Of a stretch of DNA of 64,000 nucleotides, positions 1-6,293 are shown piece after piece. Position numbers and translations under genes: made by a program. The stretch is from the NCBI GenBank assembly GCA_050633305.1, contig JBOEGF010000007.1, forward strand, positions 1 to 64,000. The letters run 5' to 3'. The notes beneath the pieces were generated by a model, which was not told the origin of the DNA, made no database searches, and saw only the letters and a list, made by a program, of their open reading frames with translations. Origin of the DNA: Nannocystales bacterium. Its GTDB lineage: Bacteria; Myxococcota_A; Polyangia; Nannocystales; Nannocystaceae. Positions within the stretch are counted from its first letter, which is position 1, and every line of letters begins with the position of its first letter.

Positions 1-96
1 CGCGATGCTGTTGTTTGGACGCTCGATCTCCGAGAGCGCCACCGCCAGCATCGGCTTCGCCGTGTCGAGATCTGTGATGTTCTCGATCTCCTGCAC
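1..96 (-). CDS. tnpC: IS66 transposase TnpC, N-terminal 32 codons (partial)
   Basis: GTG at 96 opens (M)QEIENITDLDTAKPMLAVALSEIERPNNSIA to the window edge, directly downstream of tnpB. The call rests mainly on position. Confidence 0.6.
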   Translation of the reverse strand, partial: MQEIENITDLDTAKPMLAVALSEIERPNNSIA

Positions 97-113
97 CCCC
101 TGGCGATACTCGC

Positions 114-485
114 CTACGATCGGACTTCAAGGTCTTTGTCGGTCATCGGTTGCGGCGCGAGCTGGAAGCGACCGATGAGGTGGCTGCCTTGCAAGAACAG
201 CTCGAGTTCGTTCTTCAGCGGGATTCGGTCGCGGTCCGTCACGGCCCACAGCGCGACGAACCGTGCACGTTCGAGGCGTTTCGCGAAGACCCAGAGTCCA
301 GAACCATCGAAGCTCAGCACCTTCGCCCGCGTACGTCGGCGATTCGTGAACAAGTACATCGCGCCGTCGAGCGGGTCGCGGCCGAGGTCTTCGCGTACCA
401 GCGCCGCCAGCCCCTCGAATCCCTTGCGCATGTCGACCGGCTGGCAGTACGCGAAGACTCGCGTCTTGCCCGTCGCACCGATCAC
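114..485 (-). CDS. tnpB: IS66 accessory protein TnpB (Orf2)
   Basis: Typical motifs PVDMRKGFEGL, LFTNRRRTRAKVL.FDGSGLW..AKRLE..RF. Confidence 0.95.
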   Translation of the reverse strand: MIGATGKTRVFAYCQPVDMRKGFEGLAALVREDLGRDPLDGAMYLFTNRRRTRAKVLSFDGSGLWVFAKRLERARFVALWAVTDRDRIPLKNELELFLQGSHLIGRFQLAPQPMTDKDLEVRS

Positions 486-841
486 CGCAGTCCTTTCACC
501 AACACGAGCACGTCGTCAAGCGTCAGTCCTTCCACGCGCGCGGATCCCAGAACCAAGACCGGGCCACTCTTCTTCGCCGGTTCGACAAGCTCGATCGGTC
601 GAACTCTCTTCGTCGCCTTTGTCGCCTTCGCATTTCGCTTCTTGCCGCCGCGCCAGCCGGTGATCGTCGCCTGGTGAATCCCGACCTCCACGCTCGCCTT
701 CGACTCCGAGCCGCCAGCCGCGATCCGCTTCTCAACAAACGCGATCACACGCCGCCGCAGGTCCGCCGTGTACAGCCGACGCCGGCCTTGCTTCGGTAGA
801 GCCTCGATCTCGCGGAACAACGCCTGGCCTTCTTCTTCCAT
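482..841 (-). CDS. tnpA: IS66 TnpA-like HTH protein
   Basis: RRRLYTADLRRRV...VGIHQATITGW helix-turn-helix. Overlaps the tnpB start by 4 nt. ATG at 841 chosen as start. Confidence 0.8.
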   Translation of the reverse strand: MEEEGQALFREIEALPKQGRRRLYTADLRRRVIAFVEKRIAAGGSESKASVEVGIHQATITGWRGGKKRNAKATKATKRVRPIELVEPAKKSGPVLVLGSARVEGLTLDDVLVLVKGLR

Positions 842-900
842 CTCACCGAGCGTCCCGCTCCGCGAGCTGCACGTCACGACGTGCTACGGCGAGGACTTAC

Positions 901-1197
901 CGCTTAGGCGCTGGGTCGGACCGCTTCTTTGGATACGGGGCGGCTGGCGCGGGTGTCGGCTTGTTGGCTGTCGGCGTTCCGGACGCCCTCGCGGACGAAG
1001 AGCGGATTGGATTGGACCTCAAGCTCGTGAGCGGCGCCCAGATGGTGGTCTGGCGCGATCTGTTTCTCGGGGCCGCAGCAAGCTTCGACCTCGCATTTTA
1101 TGGAGGCAGGCGCGGAGCAGCGGCACTTCCAGGAGAGCCAACCCACTTCCGTACGGAGCGCTTGCGGTTTCGGCTGATCGGCCGCCGGCACTCCTAC
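901..1197 (+). pseudogene. 3' fragment of an outer-membrane beta-barrel gene, cut by IS66 and degenerating
   Basis: RLGAGSDRFFGYGAAGAGVGLLAVGVPDALADEERIGLDLKL... is collinear with 5091-5387 (RVGAGSDRFFGYGAVGTGVGLLVVDVPDALADEERIGLDLKL...). The terminal GGWYF* has become GRRHSY with the stop lost (TAG to TAC). Confidence 0.88.
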
Positions 1198-1436
1198 GCT
1201 CTCTGGAATCCTCGTGCGCGCCGGTCCTCATCGCTCATCTCCTGCATGAGTCGGTCGAGGAACTTGTCGGCAGCCACGATTGCTCCGGAGACCCACAGTC
1301 AAGGGCTGCCGGCGACGGTTCGACTCGGTCCGTTCGGCGGCGAATCGCTGTCGTTCGATTCTACGCCGATTTTCTGACAGCTGACCAGCGAACGAATCGA
1401 AGGCTGCTTCGCAGCGAGTCGTCTGGCGATCGTCGA

Positions 1437-2531
1437 CTATCTGGCGCTCAGCGAGCAGCGGAAGCCGACTCGCCAATCCGGGACGTTCGGATCCTGCTCT
1501 ACCCGGTTCCGGATGCGCAGGCTCGCGACCACGCCGTTGACCAACGACGCCCCTCGCGTCACCTTCTGCTCGCCGGTGCCGGGGCCCAGCGGGTCCAGCG
1601 GGTCGTGGTCCTCGTAGCCGGTGGGGGACCACCAATCCGCGACCCACTCGGCGACATTGCCGGTCATGTCGAGGGCGCCGGTGGAAGATGCTCCATCGGG
1701 TTTCGACCCCACGGAGAGGGTCCGTCCGGCGTCGCACCCAACGTCCCTTGGACCGACGATCACAGCGAGGTCGCAGTTGGGGTTGGGCTCGTCCCCCCAG
1801 GGCCACCGGTTGTTCTCGGGGCCCTCGGCTGCGTACTCCCACTCAGCCTCAGTCGGGAGCCGCTTGCCTCTCCATTCACAGAAGTCCGCGGCCTGTTGCC
1901 ACGTCACGCAGTTGGCAGGCTGCTCGTCGTCACCGGTCTGCCGGAGGTTACAGCCCTCGGCGTCGCCCCGTGGCGTGCAGCCCCCGTCGCCAAGACACGC
2001 ATCATATGCGCCGACCGTGACTTCGAACATGTCGATGGCGAACGTGGTCAGCTGTACCTGGTGAACCGGAAATTCGTCGTCATCGCACGCGCCGACTTCG
2101 ACCTTCTGATCGCACCCCATCTCAAAGTCGCCGTTTGCGACGACAGCCATCCCTGCGGGCTCGTCCGTGCACTCGTCCAGGAACTCGAACAACGCGTCGC
2201 AGGCCGGCGCTTCGCTGGAGTCGCCCGTCGCCGCATCCGTGCCCTCGCTCGCGCCGGCGGAGGTCGCGGTTGTGGACCCTCGCGTGCTTGCCGTTTGTGG
2301 CGATGAGTGCTCGGTCGCGTGGGTCGTCGAAGTGCTCCCCGAAGTGTCCCCCAGGTTGCCGGAGCTCTCTGTGGGCTCCGAGAAACAGCCGACTGCGAGA
2401 GCAGCAACGACCCAGGTGGCGTTTTGAGACCTTAGGCGCACCGTCGAACGCACGAAGGGCGCGGCCCAGGCTGGCAGGTTGAGGCCGGTTTGAGGGGGTG
2501 TCGTCGTTGTTTCGCTCATCCGCTTGTCCAA
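1437..2531 (-). CDS. Formylglycine-generating-enzyme-like (FGE-sulfatase/SUMF1 fold) lipoprotein
   Basis: Lipobox-like LAVGC, Ser/Thr-rich linker, then FEMG, FEVT, RLPTEAEWEYAA, DMTGNVAEWV, VGFRC. The catalytic FGE cysteines are not evident. Start uncertain. Confidence 0.88.
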   Translation of the reverse strand: MDKRMSETTTTPPQTGLNLPAWAAPFVRSTVRLRSQNATWVVAALAVGCFSEPTESSGNLGDTSGSTSTTHATEHSSPQTASTRGSTTATSAGASEGTDAATGDSSEAPACDALFEFLDECTDEPAGMAVVANGDFEMGCDQKVEVGACDDDEFPVHQVQLTTFAIDMFEVTVGAYDACLGDGGCTPRGDAEGCNLRQTGDDEQPANCVTWQQAADFCEWRGKRLPTEAEWEYAAEGPENNRWPWGDEPNPNCDLAVIVGPRDVGCDAGRTLSVGSKPDGASSTGALDMTGNVAEWVADWWSPTGYEDHDPLDPLGPGTGEQKVTRGASLVNGVVASLRIRNRVEQDPNVPDWRVGFRCSLSAR

Positions 2532-2548
2532 CGCGCCTTAGAACGCGA

Positions 2549-2572
2549 TACTTTCAGAATCTACTTTAGAAT
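2549..2572. promoter_or_regulatory. AT-rich direct repeat TACTTT(C)AGAAT x2 in a divergent promoter region
   Basis: tactttcagaat-c-tactttagaat between the divergent FGE-like and XRE genes. Contains a TAGAAT -10-like hexamer. Confidence 0.4.
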
Positions 2573-2596
2573 GCAGTCGCTCGCTACGACCACTGG

Positions 2597-2869
2597 GTGG
2601 CGGAGGTCGATATTGAGCGCGCGCGGCGATGCGTGGGCGCCAACATTCGCGAGCACCGTCTCCGCCGCGGCTGGACACAGGGGGAGCTGGCCGAGAGAGT
2701 CGGCGTGGAGCCGCTGTTCATCCGGGTTCTTGAAGGCGCGAGGCGAGCCCCAAGCTTCGCGACGCTGGTTCGCCTCCTCGCGGCGCTCGACATCGAGCCC
2801 AACCAGCTATTCGAGCCGCGGGAACTCCAGCGCAACCCGGTCGGACGCCCCCCGAAGAAACCTCTGTAG
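2597..2869 (+). CDS. XRE-family HTH regulator with C-terminal AT-hook-like motif
   Basis: GANIREHRLRRGWTQGELAERVGV...LEGARRAPSF HTH_3 pattern. Tail PVGRPPKKP. Confidence 0.88.
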   Translation: MAEVDIERARRCVGANIREHRLRRGWTQGELAERVGVEPLFIRVLEGARRAPSFATLVRLLAALDIEPNQLFEPRELQRNPVGRPPKKPL

Positions 2870-3012
2870 ATGGCGTAGATCGGGGGTCCGCGGGTCGTGC
2901 TCTTCTCGCCGGTGCGGGTCGGAGCGGCCCGAGCGGAGCGCCGCGTTCACAACCGGCGGGCATCTGGGCGCTACACAACTGCGGAGACGTCGATCCCTGT
3001 TCTCCGGGCCGC

Positions 3013-3218
3013 GGGTCAACAAGAACTCAACACCTACATCAACAAGAACTCAACACCTACATCAACAACCGCGCGTTGTTGAGTTTGTGCGCCAAAGGGC
3101 AGTGGTCGTGAATTCGCTCGACAAAGGCCCGTGGGAGGCATTGTCGACTACCCCGTCGAGGAGCAAGAGCGCTACGTTTGGGACGCGTGTTGACTTCGGG
3201 GTGTTGAGTTATTGACCC
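3013..3218. repeat. Phased TCAACA direct repeats plus an inverted copy (iteron-like array)
   Basis: The 23-mer TCAACAAGAACTCAACACCTACA occurs twice (3016-3038, 3039-3061). TCAACA starts at 3016, 3027, 3039, 3050 and 3062; TGTTGA starts at 3077, 3188 and 3202. 3200-3218 is the reverse complement of 3013-3034 apart from a short indel/mismatch. Confidence 0.9.
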
Positions 3219-3433
3219 ACTCCACAAGGAAGGCCCGACGCGTGCCGAGCTCTCCCGCTACCTGGTCTTGGAGAACGTTCCACGCTGCTGTCGCAGGTGG
3301 CAGCGGCAGCGATTCTCGCTCGGGAAGAACGTCAACACGCCCGCTCTTGCGAACCCACGCTGGAGCAATGTGAGCGGGCGGGAAGTCGCCAGGTAGGAAG
3401 CGCGTCGTTGTTGACGAAGGACGCGACGGAAGA

Positions 3434-4096
3434 GTGCCCAACTGCCCACCAGATCTCGAGTTCTCGAGCCAAGACCTCGCGGCGTTTCTCTGCGAGCTCG
3501 AAGACCCTTGCCGGGTGTTCCCAGATTGGCCCGATTTTGCGACTCACGTGGAGCTCTTGGTCGGGCGGACTGCGCGAGCAGAGCACTACCTCGAAACCTC
3601 TGACCCGCTGGCAGGTAGGGCGGTCTGCTCCGTGAACGCGATGCTCAACGCACCCATTGGAGAAATCGTGAGCCGATCGACGCTCACCGCAGACGTCTCC
3701 GCACAGGACCACCGATCCCGATCTCAGCGCGAAGCGGCTGGCGGGCTTTCGTTGGGGCCGGTCGAGCGAGCGCTGGTCGATGCCACGAGGCAAGGGCTTC
3801 GCCAAGAAGAGGGATTCCTGAGGACGCTGCTGCGATCCGAACTCCAACGTCAGAGCTGCGATCCTCAGTCGGTAACGGTCTTGACCACCAAGCAAGCGGC
3901 CGCCCTCTGCGGGGTCAGTCCGAAGACGATCCGGGCCTGGACGAAGTCCGGCCGTTTGAAGGCTCTGGGCGCAGCGCCGTTCAAGTTCGAGAAAGCGGCG
4001 GTCGAAGCCGCACGCGATCGCAAGCCGCATGAGGAGAACGTTCTCGACTACGGGGAAAGGGCCGAACAGCTACTCAACCGGACGCGTGGGCGATGA
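3434..4096 (+). CDS. Excisionase-like (HTH_17/MerR-type) protein with a long unknown N-terminal domain, copy 2
   Basis: VLTTKQAAALCGVSPKTIRAWTKSGRLKA near the C-terminus. Full-length paralogue of 5649-6293. Confidence 0.82.
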   Translation: MPNCPPDLEFSSQDLAAFLCELEDPCRVFPDWPDFATHVELLVGRTARAEHYLETSDPLAGRAVCSVNAMLNAPIGEIVSRSTLTADVSAQDHRSRSQREAAGGLSLGPVERALVDATRQGLRQEEGFLRTLLRSELQRQSCDPQSVTVLTTKQAAALCGVSPKTIRAWTKSGRLKALGAAPFKFEKAAVEAARDRKPHEENVLDYGERAEQLLNRTRGR

Positions 4097-4240
4097 AGGC
4101 AGAGAACTTGCCGCGCGGCCGCTATTTGCGCGTCGACGCGATCAATATTTCGTACATGGCCGAAGCCGAGAGGTCGCTCGCCGACAAGGTTGCTGCTTGC
4201 GGGCGTCCGTGGTCGGGAAACCTCTAGGCTGCAGGCATCC
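4093..4240 (+). pseudogene. Remnant of a tyrosine integrase 5' end
   Basis: An ATGA overlap gives MKAENLPRGRYLRVDAINISY...ADK (stop at 4227), matching LPRGLYLRGAKISISY...ADK of the intact integrase. LRASVVGK in another frame matches LRNAILRK. The right boundary is approximate. Confidence 0.78.
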
Positions 4241-4393
4241 CCTTGGGGTCGCTGACACCGCGGCGACCGCGAACGCATCGAGAGGGACAGCGACCGCCCA
4301 TCCGAACCAGAGCGGTGGAGCGTCGGTGTTGTTAAAGCGGGTGCGGAGCGACCCCAGGACCGTTTCTTGCGTCGAGCAGGGTGCGGATCGTCG

Positions 4394-4672
4394 CTATGTA
4401 GTGCGCTTCGGACGGCCGGGGCGGCGCGGGGCAGGGTTCGGTTCGCGGCCGGGCTTGCAAAGCTTCCAGACGTCGGTCTCGAACTCGTTCGCAAGGCGCT
4501 GCAGGAGGCGGAGCGACGGGGCCGTGGTTCCGTACTCGACGCGTTGGAGGTGCGCCGGCTCCACGCCACACGCCTCCGCCAATTGCGCCTGCGTTGCTCC
4601 GCTGTCCTCGCGTAGACGCCGGACGTTGGAGCCTATCGAGACCGCGAGCGCACGCAGGCCGGCCGGATCCAC
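4394..4672 (-). CDS. XRE-family HTH regulator with C-terminal AT-hook-like motif
   Basis: GSNVRRLREDSGATQAQLAEACGVEP..LQRVEYGTTAPSL. Tail PRRPGRPKR. Paralogue of 2597-2869. Confidence 0.88.
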   Translation of the reverse strand: MDPAGLRALAVSIGSNVRRLREDSGATQAQLAEACGVEPAHLQRVEYGTTAPSLRLLQRLANEFETDVWKLCKPGREPNPAPRRPGRPKRTT

Positions 4673-4701
4673 AACACCCGCGTACCGCGCCTTGGGAAGT
4701 G

Positions 4702-4728
4702 CTAATACAACATGTTATGTTGTATTAG
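4702..4728. promoter_or_regulatory. Perfect palindromic operator candidate
   Basis: CTAATACAACAT-GTT-ATGTTGTATTAG (12-bp arms) between the divergent XRE and beta-barrel genes. Confidence 0.75.
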
Positions 4729-4769
4729 TGGTTTCAAGAAGCACCGCTCAAGCACGCTATGTTGGGCCC

Positions 4770-5387
4770 ATGGCGGCCGCGCTCGCCATCCTCGGCGCCA
4801 CCGCGCCACCTGCACATGCGAGGCGTGGCACGGATCCCGAGAGAACTTCCCGCGCTCCGCTTCGCTCTGGGGCGTACGTCCTCGTTGCACCTGGGACCGC
4901 ACAGCTCCGACTTCAGAATCGCGGCTATCCGCGGATGGGGGCGGCTTGGGCTTGGGGTGTTGCTGGCGGATACGTCTGGCGGCCGGACCGCTTGCTCCGC
5001 ATGTCCGTTGGAGCGTCGTTCGAGCATGCGCCGCTCCGCTTCGCGGACCGCTCTTACAGCGGCCAGGAGTTTCGGTTCCTCCCGATCCTCCGCGTCGGGG
5101 CCGGGTCCGACCGTTTCTTCGGATATGGGGCGGTTGGCACCGGTGTTGGCTTGTTGGTTGTCGACGTCCCAGACGCTCTCGCGGACGAAGAGCGGATTGG
5201 CTTGGACCTCAAGCTCGCGGCCGGCGCCCAGATGGTGGTCTGGCGCGGTCTCTTTTTCGGGGCCGAAGCAAGCTTCGACCTAGCATTCTACGGCGGCATG
5301 CTCGGAGCAGCGACGTTGCCAGGAGAGCGAAACGACTTTCGTACCGACGGCTTGTGGCTTCGGCTGGTCGGCGGCTGGTACTTCTAG
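4770..5387 (+). CDS. Secreted protein, probable small outer-membrane beta-barrel
   Basis: Signal-like N-terminus ending AHA, alternating amphipathic Gly/aromatic strands, and a C-terminal aromatic signature (LRLVGGWYF). An alternative in-frame GTG lies at 4728. Confidence 0.72.
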   Translation: MAAALAILGATAPPAHARRGTDPERTSRAPLRSGAYVLVAPGTAQLRLQNRGYPRMGAAWAWGVAGGYVWRPDRLLRMSVGASFEHAPLRFADRSYSGQEFRFLPILRVGAGSDRFFGYGAVGTGVGLLVVDVPDALADEERIGLDLKLAAGAQMVVWRGLFFGAEASFDLAFYGGMLGAATLPGERNDFRTDGLWLRLVGGWYF

Positions 5388-5480
5388 CCGAATCGGGAAG
5401 AAGGGGCCGCCTCGGTGAGTCGACGCCCGAATCCGTTCGTACGCCAGCGCAACATCTCCGCCTCATCCAGACCCATCGTG

Positions 5481-5496
5481 AACAATGTGCATTGTT
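5481..5496. promoter_or_regulatory. Short palindrome upstream of the xis-int pair
   Basis: AACAATG-TG-CATTGTT, about 150 bp upstream of the ATG at 5649. Confidence 0.4.
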
Positions 5497-5648
5497 GGGG
5501 CAGCGCCAGGGAACGCGGCCGTCGGCGGCCTGCGGAGGTCGGAGCGGGGCGCCCAACCGGCGGAGCTAGGTCAATCAACGAGCTGCCCGCGACGACTGGA
5601 ATCTGCGGGGGTTCGCTACGCGTCGTAGTACGGGAAACGACTGCTCCG

Positions 5649-6293
5649 ATGAAGCCGACCACGCATCAGCTCGAATTCACCAGCCAGGAGCTTGCCGAGA
5701 TGCTCTGCGAGTACGAAGACGCGGCACGCATCTTCTCGGGCTGGCCCGTATTTGAGCGCCTGGCGGACCGCCTCGTGGGATTGCACGTTCGCGCTGAATT
5801 GCAGCTTGCCGAGGGCGATGCCGCCGCGGCGAGGACCATCGCCCGTATCGATGTGCTGATGTCGGTCCCGTTCCATCAACTGGCGCGAGAAGCGGATCCG
5901 CCACGGCGCCGGGAGATGTCGCAGGTATGCAACTCCACCGCAGCGCTGGGACCCATGGAGCGTCTTCTCGTGAACGCGACCCGGGAGGGGTTCCGCAGCG
6001 AGGAGAGCTTCTTTCGCGGAGTGGTGCGCTCCGAGGTCGCACGGCTAGGTTCTCACGGAGGAGCAAGAACGGATGTTCTCAGCACCGCGGAGGCTGCGAT
6101 CGTCGCACGCGTCACGGCAAAGACGATCCGGGCGTGGGTCGCATCCGGGCGGTTGGAACCACTGGGGGGCCGGCCGTATAAGTTCCGAAGAGAGACCGTT
6201 GAGACGGCCCGCGATCGGATGCCGTGTGAGCGAAGCGTGGTCGACTACGATGCCCGGGCGGAAGAAATTCTCGGTGGGAAGCGACGCCGATGA
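5649..6293 (+). CDS. Excisionase-like (HTH_17) protein with a long unknown N-terminal domain, copy 1
   Basis: VLSTAEAAIVARVTAKTIRAWVASGRLEP. ATGA overlap with the integrase. The start was set by alignment with 3434-4096. Confidence 0.82.
   Translation: MKPTTHQLEFTSQELAEMLCEYEDAARIFSGWPVFERLADRLVGLHVRAELQLAEGDAAAARTIARIDVLMSVPFHQLAREADPPRRREMSQVCNSTAALGPMERLLVNATREGFRSEESFFRGVVRSEVARLGSHGGARTDVLSTAEAAIVARVTAKTIRAWVASGRLEPLGGRPYKFRRETVETARDRMPCERSVVDYDARAEEILGGKRRR

Larger units (their letters stand above)
1..900 (-). mobile_element. IS66-family insertion sequence, left part (runs off the window start)
   Basis: tnpA-tnpB-tnpC order on the minus strand. The element end reads GTAAGTCC on the minus strand from 900 (IS66 ends begin GTAA). 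The interrupted beta-barrel gene resumes in frame exactly at 901. Confidence 0.88.

Noticed and set aside
1310..1335. GGTTCGACTC as a tRNA/tmRNA fragment marking the distal att site
   Set aside because: The stem is imperfect, the orientation is opposite to ssrA, and the flanks do not match the ssrA 3' end.
1437..1600. Diversity-generating retroelement target (FGE/CLec-fold C-terminus in a mobile island)
   Set aside because: No reverse transcriptase and no adenine-variant template repeat seen in the window. It cannot be excluded elsewhere in the genome.
768..2306. Long alternative-frame ORFs here and elsewhere (e.g. 15445-17442, 18013-19890, 43441-45015)
   Set aside because: These are shadow ORFs typical of high-GC DNA: Arg/Pro/Gly-rich, without motifs, and overlapping well-supported genes.
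3016..3068. CRISPR array
   Set aside because: The 23-bp units are directly adjacent with no spacers, there are only two full copies, and no cas genes are present.
4029..4769. N-terminal part of the 452-aa ORF 4029-5387
   Set aside because: It overlaps the integrase stub and the antisense XRE gene. Only the part from about 4770 looks like a real protein.
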